The notes: a model not told the origin generated them from the letters alone. A stretch of 64,000 bases of DNA from an uncultured bacterium (GCA_963749495.1 CAVVMW010000014.1:512001-576000), one strand, 5' to 3'; counted from the first letter of the stretch, positions 31,853 to 42,424 are shown. Program-made: numbers and translations.

Positions 31853-33177
31853 GCTCGATTCCCAATCATCGGTCCTGCTGCCATTGCCGCTGTTTGGCGG
31901 AAAGCGGGCTTGTACTGCGCCGTCTCCTGGATACGATTGAGCACTTCCTCGTAAGCGGCTTCGTCGGTCTGCACGTTTTCAAGCAACCGCAGAATCAAGT
32001 AGAGCCGCCATGCGGTCAGGCCCGCCTTTTCAATGCAATGGAGGACCGCATCCCCTTTTGGCGTCACCGTGATCTTATCCCCCTCTTGCTGCGCATGCCC
32101 GGTCTGGACGAGCTTGAGGAAGGAGGGGAAGTTCACGTTGAGCTGATAGCCTTCCAACCGGTCAAGCAAAGCCGGCAGCGTAGCGCAAGGAACCTGTGGT
32201 TCGATCACGGCCTCGATTTGTGCCTTGGCTGGGAGTCCGTTGATGGGGGTGTGTCCTTCAGGGTAGTAGCTCACGCTGCGGAACAAGAGACGGTCCTGCC
32301 GGTAAAGCCGGACAAGCCTACGGGCGGGTTTGGGGGTCACGAGATGCTGCAGCAAGCCTGCGGGACGGGCTAGAAGTTGAAGAGGTCGCTCGCCGTAGGC
32401 GACGCCGCCATGGGTGAACGGCCAACTGCAGGTTCCGGAGAAATAGGCCTGTTCCAGTTCCTCCCGGCATTGCCCGAGATCCTGCTCGGTGTCTCGGAGC
32501 AAGCGATTCACCGAAAAGCGCGGGTCCGGCCATTGCGCCTTGGTTTCCTGGCAGGTGACGGTGAAGTCCCCCCGGAGGTGCCGGGGATAGCGGTGGTGAT
32601 AAATTTCCCCACCGAATGGGTCGATTTCCACGGCTACGCAGGCTCCGAATCTGAGTTGTCGTTTCCAGGCGGGTCTTGATATCGCACGCAGGAGGTGCAG
32701 GTAGAACAAGCTCTGCCAGCCGGTGTACGCCAGTCCCTCCCCACGCAACGCCGGGGCCAGCCACATTCCCAAGAGCCGTTCTGTCATCCGGCGCGCCGCC
32801 ACCGACGCGAGGAGCCAGGGATCGATCGCTTCCGGCTGTTCGAGCGCCCGGGCGATGCCGGCTCGGCTGAGGTCGTGTAAAGGAGCGTGCAAGAGCCGGG
32901 CGGGGCTATCCTTGAATGTGTGCGCCATGTGGAGCAACAGGTTGGCCTCGTTCAGGCCAGGTGGTGTTGCACAGATGACTTCGCCGCGGAGGGCCCGCAC
33001 AACCTTTTCCGCCTTGGGGTTCATGACGCGGAACTGCGGCTCAAAATGCTCGTTGAAGCCCGGTTCCGCCAACTCGATGAACAGGGGGTCTATCTCAAGA
33101 ACAGTGTTGGGCGCGCAGGCCCTGATGGCCTTCGCTATTTCTTTGCGCCCCGTAACGATGGTTGCGGCCGAGTCCAC
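31849..33177 (-). CDS. Divergent type IA topoisomerase-like protein, catalytic residues not conserved
   Basis: Colinear echoes of TopA motifs: FEPQF, VICATPPG..EA.LL, ARR..ERLLG..LAP.L, TGWQS...LHLL, LEQAYFSGTCSW. Confidence 0.6.
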   Translation of the reverse strand: MDSAATIVTGRKEIAKAIRACAPNTVLEIDPLFIELAEPGFNEHFEPQFRVMNPKAEKVVRALRGEVICATPPGLNEANLLLHMAHTFKDSPARLLHAPLHDLSRAGIARALEQPEAIDPWLLASVAARRMTERLLGMWLAPALRGEGLAYTGWQSLFYLHLLRAISRPAWKRQLRFGACVAVEIDPFGGEIYHHRYPRHLRGDFTVTCQETKAQWPDPRFSVNRLLRDTEQDLGQCREELEQAYFSGTCSWPFTHGGVAYGERPLQLLARPAGLLQHLVTPKPARRLVRLYRQDRLLFRSVSYYPEGHTPINGLPAKAQIEAVIEPQVPCATLPALLDRLEGYQLNVNFPSFLKLVQTGHAQQEGDKITVTPKGDAVLHCIEKAGLTAWRLYLILRLLENVQTDEAAYEEVLNRIQETAQYKPAFRQTAAMAAGPMIGNRA

Positions 33178-33439
33178 GAAAAGGCTGCCCGATCACGAGT
33201 GTTCGCAGGAATCCCGGAGGGCGGGCGTAAGGAGACTGGAACCCGACGACAGGACCAGAATCCGGTGTGTCTGCCGCGTTCGATTCGCCGCTGGCCGCTG
33301 TGGCCCCTCGGTCTGTTTCGTTCCCATGCGTACCCCATTTTAGGGCTTTTGGGCTGTGGGTTGCCGCCTTTCTTGACGAGAAGGAAAGGCTTCCGCAAAG
33401 AGGCCTCAAGCCCGATCTATGGGTTGCCCCGAACGAGGC

Positions 33440-33960
33440 AATTCGCCCTTCACTTCAGGCGGCGTACGCAAACCGCGTTCGTCCTTGCCTGCGGGTTTCT
33501 TCGGAGTTCGGTTCGTTTTGCGCGGCCAAGGCATCAATGCAGGCGTCCTCGTTGTCGGCGACCCACTTCGCCGCGGTCGTTTCGATCAAGGTGTCGATGC
33601 GCCGCCGGAGCCGACGGGCCGCCTTTCGGAACCTCCTGCAGCTCAAACCTGGCTGGCATCGGCGCAAGGCGATCTCAATATCCCCTGGTTCGAAGAACAC
33701 ACTGGACAACGCGAGGTCCTCCCAACCCCAGTCGTGATGAACTCCCCGAGCGCCCCAGGTCCTGGTACGCGCCTATCCCGTGGTCCACATATTCCCCGGA
33801 AACCTCCAGCTCGACCTCGAGTTCCAGCCCGGCGATTTCCAGTGTGGCGGATAGTGTGGCCCACGTGCCTTTTGTTTGGCGCCGAGATCTCGAAGGAGCG
33901 AAGGCGGCACCCAGGGCAGCAGTGCGAGTGCAGGAAGCCCAGCGCCGGGGCTTGAGACAT
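33440..33960 (-). pseudogene. Frameshifted small hypothetical gene
   Basis: Coding-like segments in three successive frames (LEIAGLELEVELEVSGEY; VFFEPGDIEIALRR). Confidence 0.3.
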
Positions 33961-34004
33961 GGCGAGGGCTTGACGAGTCCGGTGGCGCTCGCTAACCGCA
34001 TCCA

Positions 34005-34634
34005 ATCACCTCCTGGTCGGGCGGCCCGGGCGTCGGCAAGACCACGTTGCTGCTGAGGATCGCCCAACGACTGCGCGCCGTTCGGGTCGGCGGCTTCTTC
34101 ACCCGGGAGATTCGAGAAGCTGGCTGGGTGGGATTTCGCGTGGAAACGTTTTCAGGCCTTTCGGGCACGCTGGCCCACGTTTCGCGCCAGCAAGGCGCCT
34201 CGGCCGCGCTCCGCGATACGCGAGTAATCTTTGCCGGCACACCGGAAATCGAGTTGACCATACGCAACCAAGGCCGTGATCATTACTTAAGCGCGCTTCG
34301 CTCCCAGGTAACTGTGAGACCAAAGGAGGTCACCGCTTACGAGTCGTGGATTAGGGAGACGGAAAAGCAGCCGTGGCTCCGCTGCCCCAAGCTCTCACCC
34401 CAGGAACGACTGGCGCTGTTCGAACGCATCTCCAAGCTCCATGAGTTCGCATGGGGTGCGAAAGCTACCGCGAGCGACGGTCTTGTGACAGAGCTTACCG
34501 GCCAACCCCAATTCCGAAGTCCCCGCAGATGGGTCCGCGCCGCCGTCCAACTACTTGATTTGCTCCAACAGCAATCAGCCGGCCCAATCCAGGTGCCAGT
34601 ATCGGCCCCTCTCGGGAGTTCCGAGGAAGGATAG
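34005..34634 (+). pseudogene. NTPase (THEP1-like) N-terminal fragment fused to unrelated sequence
   Basis: LLVGRPGVGKTTLL, GGFFTREIRE...GF....GTLAHV, then similarity lost near 34190. Confidence 0.7.
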
Positions 34635-34709
34635 CGCGCTTCCTGCGGTATGAGCCGGTCAAGGAGCTTCGCGGAGGATGCTGAGCGCTCGGGTGTGCGG
34701 TAAATACCG

Positions 34710-36346
34710 TCAAAGCGGGCCGATTTTGAAATCGTCCAGCGAAATCCCGAAGGCCCGCCTGAAGGCCGCGTCTGCCCATGGTTTGGTGAAACCGTGCGTA
34801 TAGAGCGGGTGCATCCACGTGAAGTCGAGGTTATAAGGTCCTTCTCCGATGATCCACTGGCGGATCAAGTCATACTGTAAGATCCAATAGTAAAAGGTGT
34901 TGAAGGTTTGATAGGTGTTCGCCTCGGGAACGCCATCGAGCAGTGTGGGGCGGATCTCGCCATTCGGGTGCGTGACAAATGGCGGCTGATGCTTGCCGAA
35001 TATGTCAAGGGATTCCTGCAGGTTGATGTTGCCACCCTCGGGCCCCACAAAAAACATGGCGGGCCAGCAGAAGAACTCGGGCCTGCACATCTTTTGCTCC
35101 GCGAAACGGAGGTGTTTTGCAAAGCAGACGCGCAGAGGCAGGTTATCCTCGGAGAAGCTGAAAGTGCTTTCCTGGGCAAGGAGTCGGCAAAGCCCTTCCC
35201 CTGACCCACCCACCGCATTAGTTCACGGGCAATCCCCACTGGCGTCTCGCAGACAATGGACCTGCACAAGTAATCGGCGACCTCCAGGTAACCGGTGGCA
35301 TTATAGCACGCCACCGCGTTGCGCAGGACTGGACGCTTGGCGACCTGAGAGCAGAACCAGCAAAACCGTATCCCCGGGTCCACGGATTCGATGAGCGATT
35401 CAAGGTGCCGTACATCGAACGGGTAACCATCGCTCGGGTTGATAGCCAGATCGCAGATAAGCAGGAACAGGAGCACATCTGAGGAAGCTGGGGTCGAAGG
35501 CCAGCGACCACCGGTGATCTTGAGAAACAGATTGAACGCCTCGACGTAAGCGCCGCTGAGCATGCCTTTGCGCTCAAATTCCTCCCACGACATCGCCCCT
35601 TGCGTCGCAAGGTAGAGATACTGCAACTGGCTGAACCGAGCCTGTCCCTCGAAAATATGCACCGCCCCAATCGGGGTCGTTCTGACTTCCGAGCCGAAGC
35701 AATACCCCTCTACCCGTCGGTTCCGCAAGTCGGCGGTAGCGGTTTCCCAGGCTTTTGGGTGGGGGAGGCACCCAAAGTCGGCGTCGAAAGTGGCGCCAAG
35801 CAGCAAAAGCAGGTTCGCCAGGCCAATTGCGATCGAGTGGCCCTGCGATTCGAAATAAGGGCTGCTCAGCACATCCGAAAGATTCTTCGGGTTTAAGAGA
35901 ATCCGTCGGTTGAATTCCAGGTCGTACCAGTTGTTCACTATCCGGTTGAGGCAGGCTTCCACGTCGGCGGCATACCCGCCCGGCGGCCCTTCCGTTAGGC
36001 GCTTGAGCGGCTTCTGCGGGCCGACCTTCCGGAGTACAAACTTCAGATGCTCGTAGTTAATGTGGGCCTGCATGGGCGGGGAGAGCGAGAGGAGCAACCC
36101 CGTCGTGCTGCCGATGTGCTGCCACCAGTGTAAAGTCTCATGCAGGTAGGTCGAAAATGCATCCAGGAGAGCATGATCCTGGGTGCGCAGGATACCGCCC
36201 GGATGCCGGTCCAGCAGGTCGTGCATGTCCTGGCGGAGCCCGACGACAAAGTGAAACGGGTGATAACTGCCACGGCTTGTCGCGAAAAGGCCCTCCTCGA
36301 GGGCCCAACCCAACCGGCCTGTTTGGTGAAAATCGGTGGATTCCAT
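34710..36346 (-). pseudogene. Hypothetical HExxH (zincin-like) protein, frameshifted near 35180
   Basis: STYLHETLHWWQH and downstream IFEGQARF; continues in ORF 34710-35213. Confidence 0.6.
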
Positions 36347-36349
36347 ATT

Positions 36350-36763
36350 TCGGGGCGGCAGTGTACCTCAAGACGGGCTGGAAACAACACCGCTTGATTC
36401 CGCCGCAGTCCTTTGTCGCCCTGCGCCCGGACTGGTCCAAGCGCTGGTCCGGCATGGCGAAGATGAAAAACCGGGATGGTAACGGCGTGGCGCACTATGC
36501 CGGCTGGAGTTTGCCGGCCCTCAGATACCTTTACGAAGAGCGCCACATCACCGCCTCCGGGCACGAGACGACGGACACCGATCCCGGAGTCGCCACCCGA
36601 CTATTCGTTAGAGAAGTATATCCTGGGGCAAGACAACTATCAGCTTGAGGTGCTGGCCAACCTGGAGCAGGTTCCGGAAGCCGATGCGTTACTGGTGGTG
36701 ACTTTTCCCAGGCCGAAGAGAGGCTCGGGTTTCCCGGTTCGGGGGTTTGCCATCCTGCCGTGA
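36350..36763 (+). pseudogene. C-terminal fragment of a cyclase / kynurenine formamidase family protein
   Basis: IP..SFVALR.DWSKRW, GHETTDTD, shift near 36598, YQLEVLANL..VP, GSGFPVR. Confidence 0.8.
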
Positions 36764-36792
36764 AAAGTTGAGCCGAGCGGCCAGCCAGCCGT

Positions 36793-38400
36793 CTAATCCT
36801 CGAGCGCATGCACTTCGGAGAATGAAGCTGTTCCCTCGAGCCACAATGACAGCGCGTGTTCGAGGACGGTCTTGAAGCCTTCTTCGCGGGCCTTGCGGAT
36901 GATGTCAAGGATTGGGCAATCGGTTCCCATCAATTCCCGAACGGCCTCGCTTGGGCTGAAAAAGCTGTAAACCGCTGTGCGCCCGATGGTGCCAACCCCG
37001 TTGCAGCGGGAGCAGCCGCGCTTGTCGTAAACGACATGGCCGTCGGGACACGGGATCGCCAGTTTTGCGAGCAGCTCGAGCTCCTGCGGCTTGACCTCCC
37101 TCTTGACCTTGCACGACGGGCAAAGGACCCCGACCAGCCGCTGGGCAATCACCAGCCGAATGAGCGTTTGCAGTTGGTAACGGTCCACTCCCAGCCGATC
37201 CAGGCGGCTTAACGTTTCGATCGCATTGTTGGTGTGGAGAGTGGTGAAGACCAGGTGCCCAGTCTCGGCCGCGGCCACCGCCAGCCTGGCGGTTTCTTCA
37301 TCGCGGACTTCGCCGACCAGCAGAATGTCCGGGTCCAAGCGAAGACACGAGCGGACGGCGTTGGGAAAGGTGACGCCTTTGTCGGGTTCGATCTGGATTT
37401 GGGAGAAGCCGCGGATCCTGTATTCCACGGGGTCTTCGATGGTGATGATCTTCACTTCCGGAGAATTGAGATGCTGCAGGACGGTATAGAGCGTTGTGGT
37501 TTTGCCCGAGCCGGTCGGCCCGGTGACGATGATGAGCCCGCTGGTTTTGCTGATGCTGTCCAGCAATTCTCGATAGTAGGCCGGCGGCAGGTTCAGTTGT
37601 TCGATCGCGCGGTCGATGCTTTTGAAATCCAGCAGCCGCATCACCACGGATTCCCCATCCACCGTGGGCGAAACCTCCACGCGCAGGTCCAAGCTCTTTC
37701 CCTGCGGCAAGGCGAGGCGCACGCGGCTGGATTGGAAGCTGCCCAAGCTATTGGCCAGGAGACGCGCTTCCAGTTTCAGGGCCTTGAGCACTTCCTCGCC
37801 TTCGCGCAGGGCCAGCTTCCGCTGCACGAGCAGGTCGCCATGCACCCGAAAACGGATGCGCAGGCAGCCTTCGGTGGGCTCCAGGTGAATGTCACTGGCC
37901 CTCATCAAATCGGCGCGGCGCACGATTTCGTGGAAGATCTGCCCCGGCTCAACGCTGTCCCAGGCTGCGTTTGGGAAAAAGATCCGGGCCTCGGGAGCAA
38001 CCTCTGCGCGCGGCGCCTCGGGCTGGTAGCGGCTGAGGCTCCCCAGCAGTTCATCGTAGTTGCGCTGCGTGATCAGGATGCGTTTGATCCCCAGCTCGAA
38101 CTCCTGCAGCAGGTCTTGCAGGCGCTTTTCATCCCACGGCTCGCACTCGGTGACAACGAGAATGTCAGGCAGCAGCAGAAGCGGGATTTGCCCGTTGCGG
38201 ATAAAGAAGGCCTGGTGCCGGCGAAAGAACTCGGCGTGGACGTCAGCCATGGTGATCTGCCGGTAAGGCAAATCGTAGGCGTGAGCCGCAACGGTGTAGA
38301 ACTGATCCTCTGTCCAGGTTTGAATTGGCCCGAGGGAGCGCGCAGCCGTGTGGCTTTGGAGCCTGTCGATGGCGTCTTTGGGGGCGTTCAGGAAATTCAT
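36793..38400 (-). CDS. GspE/PulE/PilB family secretion ATPase
   Basis: ASDIHLEP, GPTGSGKTTT, TIEDPVEY, DPDILLVGEVRD, TGHLVFTTLH, AQRL, CxxC..CxxC. Confidence 0.95.
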   Translation of the reverse strand: MNFLNAPKDAIDRLQSHTAARSLGPIQTWTEDQFYTVAAHAYDLPYRQITMADVHAEFFRRHQAFFIRNGQIPLLLLPDILVVTECEPWDEKRLQDLLQEFELGIKRILITQRNYDELLGSLSRYQPEAPRAEVAPEARIFFPNAAWDSVEPGQIFHEIVRRADLMRASDIHLEPTEGCLRIRFRVHGDLLVQRKLALREGEEVLKALKLEARLLANSLGSFQSSRVRLALPQGKSLDLRVEVSPTVDGESVVMRLLDFKSIDRAIEQLNLPPAYYRELLDSISKTSGLIIVTGPTGSGKTTTLYTVLQHLNSPEVKIITIEDPVEYRIRGFSQIQIEPDKGVTFPNAVRSCLRLDPDILLVGEVRDEETARLAVAAAETGHLVFTTLHTNNAIETLSRLDRLGVDRYQLQTLIRLVIAQRLVGVLCPSCKVKREVKPQELELLAKLAIPCPDGHVVYDKRGCSRCNGVGTIGRTAVYSFFSPSEAVRELMGTDCPILDIIRKAREEGFKTVLEHALSLWLEGTASFSEVHALED

Positions 38401-38410
38401 GCGGCCGCTC

Positions 38411-38881
38411 TCAATGGGTGGCTGCGCCCCGCAGCTGGCGGTTGAGCTTGCTGTAATCCGCGGGCGCGAGCGGCACCAGGCAAACGCGCAACTCGGGCGG
38501 AACTCTCTCCTGGACCTCCTTGAGTTCAGGGAAATCGGGGTCATAGCGCAGCAACCCGAGGTATAGGGTTTGGTGGGACAAACCCAGGGGCAGGATGCCC
38601 TCGCTCAGGCAGCGGCTCACAAGCGAAGGCTGGAGCAGCCGAAGTTCGGCCAGTTCCCGCTGGTCCAGAGAATTGACGGGGATGTAATGAAATCGGTCCT
38701 GTTGCAGGGCCTGGTTGAGCCAGAGGTCGCGTTCGAACAACTGCGCGTTGCCACCCAATAACTCTCCAATATCCACCTGGTTCTGGCCGGCTCTCATCCG
38801 TTCGAACTGGTCAACGGTGACCAACCCGGTGGCCAGAAGGTGTTTTATCCAACCCTGGTCGCTGGGGCGGCGCGTGAACAT
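38411..38881 (-). CDS. Hypothetical protein resembling the GspE/PilB N-terminal domain
   Basis: LLATGLVT.DQF, IGELL, GILPLG....LYLG; directly upstream of the ATPase. Confidence 0.55.
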   Translation of the reverse strand: MFTRRPSDQGWIKHLLATGLVTVDQFERMRAGQNQVDIGELLGGNAQLFERDLWLNQALQQDRFHYIPVNSLDQRELAELRLLQPSLVSRCLSEGILPLGLSHQTLYLGLLRYDPDFPELKEVQERVPPELRVCLVPLAPADYSKLNRQLRGAATH

Positions 38882-38898
38882 GCGGCGTTGGCAGGGAG

Positions 38899-40932
38899 TT
38901 ATGCGGCGGCGCGCTGAGGCGCGGGCTCGCGCTCTTTCCTGCCCGGGCAGGGGCGGCTGCACAGGCTGGCCCGGTATTTGCGGTGTTGGGCCTGCATTTC
39001 AAGAAATTCCGGCGAACCCTCCAACGCGCGGCGGGCCACGTCGTGGAAGCGATTGGGCTGCTCGGCGCAGAGACGGCGCAACTCGTCCGAGGACGGGAGC
39101 AAGGCCGACTCGAACAGCTCCGGCTTGTTGCGCTTGAGCCAATGCAGGACTTTCACCGGTTGTGTCCGGTTGGCGATGAACTTGTTCACCTGGCCGACGT
39201 ATTCGATGTAGTCCGGGTCGAATAACCAGACGGCCTCGTAGGCTTGGCCGGCGTAACGGCCACTCTGAAAAATACCGCGAAGCCGATAGACGTATTTCAG
39301 GAAATCGAGCTTCTGCAAGAGGGAGGCCGCGTGGGCTTGGGAAAGGCGCCGGATCGCGTTCGCAGGGACCTGGTAATCCCGCAGCCGGCCCATCTGTTCG
39401 TCGGTGGCAGGGCCGTCGCCTTCTGGATGACTGCGGACTCGCTCAAGTTCCGCCTCCGTCAGCCGCTGCACCAGCAGGGCCGTCGCATCCAGCAGAGCCT
39501 CCTGTTTCCTGCACCCGAGCCCCATGCGCGTCTGGCCGTACGAAAAGCGCCAAGCCCCCAGATCGTCCCGGTCGAGTCGGGCCCCGCGGTTCTCGCGGAT
39601 ATCGGCCACGCAGACGAAGTTGTTGTCGAGGGGCATCCAAGCAATCGAGGTGGAGGTGTCCGGTTGAATGGTCTGTGCCAGGTGGAAGAAATCCGGCGGC
39701 TCCAGAAACCGCCGGATGTCCTGCGCGGTAAATTCAGCCGCGACGTTCCAGTCCACTTCCGGGTGGCAGAGCCGGGCCTTCTCGACCGTGCGCTGGACCT
39801 GGCGGATGTTTTCGCCATTGAGCAAGAGACGCTCCGGCAGGCAGAACATTTTCGGCAAGGTGATGACGTCTTGCGACCGGATATCAACCAGGTCGATGAC
39901 CAGGCAATCGCGCTTGGAGGGGTGGAGGCGCAGGCCGCGGCCAATCTGCTGGGGAAAGGTCACGGGCGAGCGCGTTGGCCTGCCGAGAACCACGCAGGCC
40001 GTGTGCGGGGCGTCCAGGCCCTCCGTTAAAGCCTGGCAGTTGGTTAAAACTCGCAGACGCCCCTGCTGATAGTCGGCGATGATCCGCCGGCGTTCTTCCT
40101 TCTGTTGCTTGCCGAAAACGGCTTGGGCCGCAATGCCCCGTTTGCGGAATTCGGCCGCGACACGTTCGGCGTGCCGGACATTGGCGACGAACACGATGGC
40201 AGGGCGGCTTTCGCCCCGCTGCAGGTAGCTCTGGACGATTACACGATTGCGGGCCTCGGTGTCGATCGCCTCCGCCAACTTGGCCGCATCGTAATCCCCC
40301 TCGGGTGTCAACGGCACGCCGTCAATGGACGCGTTGGTGCGCACGGTCAAACCGCGAATCGGGCAAAGATACCCCGCGTCGAGCAACTGCGGCAGATCGA
40401 TTCTGAAAGCCAATCGGTCGTAGAGAACCGAGAGGTTCTCGCCGTCCATGCGTATCGGCGTGGCGGTGATGCCCAAGAGGTGCCGGGATGGATTCTGCGT
40501 GGAGATCTCGTGAAGCAGGTCCGCATAAGTCTGGGCGGTGCTATGGTGGCACTCGTCAATGATCACGAGCGAGATGTCCCTCAAAGGACACCAGCGGGCG
40601 AGGCGCTCGACATTCTTGACGGTGGCGATGGAGGCCACCATGACCGAGGCGTCCGCCGGGCAGATGCTCCTGCCCTGCTCGATTCCGGCAACGATCTGGC
40701 CGTCAATCAGGGCCAGTTTTTCCACGGTCTGCTCCAGCAGCTCTTCCCGGTGAGCGAGAAAGAGGACGCGTCGGTTCGGGCTCGCCAAGTGCAGCTTCAT
40801 GATGACAGAAGCGATGATGGTTTTGCCCGCTCCAACCGCCGCCACCAGCAGCAGGCTCAGCACCTTTCGCTCCCATAGGTCGAAACAGCACTTTACCGCT
40901 TCTCCCTGGTATGGCCGTAGTTGCACGTTCAT
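38899..40932 (-). CDS. SF2 DExH helicase (Irc3/ResIII-like), motifs intact
   Basis: LRPYQ, GAGKT, AHREELL.Q, DECHH, TATP.R.D, LTEGLD.P, QQIGRGLR. Confidence 0.92.
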   Translation of the reverse strand: MNVQLRPYQGEAVKCCFDLWERKVLSLLLVAAVGAGKTIIASVIMKLHLASPNRRVLFLAHREELLEQTVEKLALIDGQIVAGIEQGRSICPADASVMVASIATVKNVERLARWCPLRDISLVIIDECHHSTAQTYADLLHEISTQNPSRHLLGITATPIRMDGENLSVLYDRLAFRIDLPQLLDAGYLCPIRGLTVRTNASIDGVPLTPEGDYDAAKLAEAIDTEARNRVIVQSYLQRGESRPAIVFVANVRHAERVAAEFRKRGIAAQAVFGKQQKEERRRIIADYQQGRLRVLTNCQALTEGLDAPHTACVVLGRPTRSPVTFPQQIGRGLRLHPSKRDCLVIDLVDIRSQDVITLPKMFCLPERLLLNGENIRQVQRTVEKARLCHPEVDWNVAAEFTAQDIRRFLEPPDFFHLAQTIQPDTSTSIAWMPLDNNFVCVADIRENRGARLDRDDLGAWRFSYGQTRMGLGCRKQEALLDATALLVQRLTEAELERVRSHPEGDGPATDEQMGRLRDYQVPANAIRRLSQAHAASLLQKLDFLKYVYRLRGIFQSGRYAGQAYEAVWLFDPDYIEYVGQVNKFIANRTQPVKVLHWLKRNKPELFESALLPSSDELRRLCAEQPNRFHDVARRALEGSPEFLEMQAQHRKYRASLCSRPCPGRKEREPAPQRAAA

Positions 40933-41035
40933 CAGCCGCGCCCCCAAGGCAATGGACGCTCGCTCCATTATAGGTGCCGGGAGCGCCGTCTGTGGGGGGC
41001 GGCCCTACTTCGGCCGCCTTTCTGTGACCGGAGGG

Positions 41036-42385
41036 TTACTTGCTGGCGAGGTCGTGCTTTTCGCCCAGCTTGAGCGCCACCGCTTTGGTGGCCAGCTTGG
41101 GCGTGCAGCCTTCGGCGAGGAAGGGACTGGGCAGCAGTGCGTTGCCCGGATCCGGGATAAGGAAAAAGACCCCGGCCCCGGCGCTGCTGACGGACCTCAG
41201 AAACGCCCGGCGGCAGTTCTCCGCGTTGCGCTCGCGTTGGTAGGGCCAATATCCATTGAAACAGTTCGGGAGCACGACGTAATCCGGGTTCAGATAGGGC
41301 GCCTCGAAAGGCGTCGTGCAGACGATTCCTTTGGCTGGCACTGCAGGCCGGTACCACAACCGGTGCTTGTCCCGTTGCAGGAAGTGCGGCCTTTTCAGCC
41401 GGCCGGACATCTCCCGGGCGTCGTCGGGATTGCGGAGAACGACCGCCAAGAGGCGCTGACGGATTCCAAGTTGAAGCTGTGTTTCCATGTCGAGAATGAC
41501 CTCGAACATCTGGGATCGCTTGGGAACCGTGACCTCCACAAGCAGTTGGCTGTTGGGGTCGGCGGCGCCGGTGAACGAGGATTCGTAAACGCGCTTGGAA
41601 TTGAAGGCGGCCAGTTGTTGGAGGAACAGCCCTCGGGCGTTGCCGACCCCGAACAGTTGCGTGAGCGGGTGGGTCTTGACGCCGTCCTGGCTGACCAAAG
41701 TCAGCCAGTGCTCGGGGTCAAGGTCCTGCTGCCGGTCGTAAATGGCGAGGTTGCTGTTGCCGGCAAGGAAACTCTGGTCCGTGCGCTGCTGCAGCACCGA
41801 TAACCCCAGCAGCTCTTCCCAGCCGAAATCGTGAACGTTGTCCGCCACCAGCAGGCGGATGCCGGCGAGTTCCGGTTGCACCACCTTGGCAAACAGGTTG
41901 ACCGTCTCAATCGTGAGGCTGCGCGGGGTCGCGAGGTTCTTCCGGCGCAACAACTGGACAAAGGCCTGGTTCCACTGCTCATGGAAGGCGGCGCTGGCGG
42001 TGTCGGGGTGGAGTTGGAGGGCGGTCTTGCGCGCAGCTTCGCGATCAACGGAAGCTGCGAGATCGGAAACGATTGGGGGCGCCTGGGAGTAGGAAAGCTC
42101 CCGGTGGTAGCGCCTGAGCAGTCTGCTGCCGATTTCGGCGAAAGTCCCGATTAAGTCCTCGTCCCAACTCAGCGCGGTGATTCTCCGGAGATGTTCGAGG
42201 ACGCGTTGCGTCGCCAAGGCGTTGGCGGTGATGAAAATGGCCTTGTTCGCGCCCGGGCGCTCCTGTTGATTCAAGTATTTCCGGGACAGAAGGGTCGTCT
42301 TGCCGGTCTTGGAGACGGCATTGAGCAGATTGCTCCGCGCTGTGCTGGCCAGAACCGCCTTCTGCTGGGGAGTGAACTCGGCCAT
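41036..42385 (-). CDS. UvrD/Rep-like SF1 helicase homologue with degenerate motifs
   Basis: FTPQQ, AVSKTGKT, GTF, ADNVHD (for VDEYQD), GNSNLAIY, CRRAFLRSVSSA. Confidence 0.75.
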   Translation of the reverse strand: MAEFTPQQKAVLASTARSNLLNAVSKTGKTTLLSRKYLNQQERPGANKAIFITANALATQRVLEHLRRITALSWDEDLIGTFAEIGSRLLRRYHRELSYSQAPPIVSDLAASVDREAARKTALQLHPDTASAAFHEQWNQAFVQLLRRKNLATPRSLTIETVNLFAKVVQPELAGIRLLVADNVHDFGWEELLGLSVLQQRTDQSFLAGNSNLAIYDRQQDLDPEHWLTLVSQDGVKTHPLTQLFGVGNARGLFLQQLAAFNSKRVYESSFTGAADPNSQLLVEVTVPKRSQMFEVILDMETQLQLGIRQRLLAVVLRNPDDAREMSGRLKRPHFLQRDKHRLWYRPAVPAKGIVCTTPFEAPYLNPDYVVLPNCFNGYWPYQRERNAENCRRAFLRSVSSAGAGVFFLIPDPGNALLPSPFLAEGCTPKLATKAVALKLGEKHDLASK

Positions 42386-42424
42386 GATTGCGTCCGCACG
42401 AGCCGGCGGTTGGTCGAACCGCAA

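Noticed and set aside
33180..33450. Hairpin-rich leader upstream of the topoisomerase-like ORF, with a GTTCGATTC T-loop-like word
   Set aside because: No cloverleaf or known riboswitch consensus could be built
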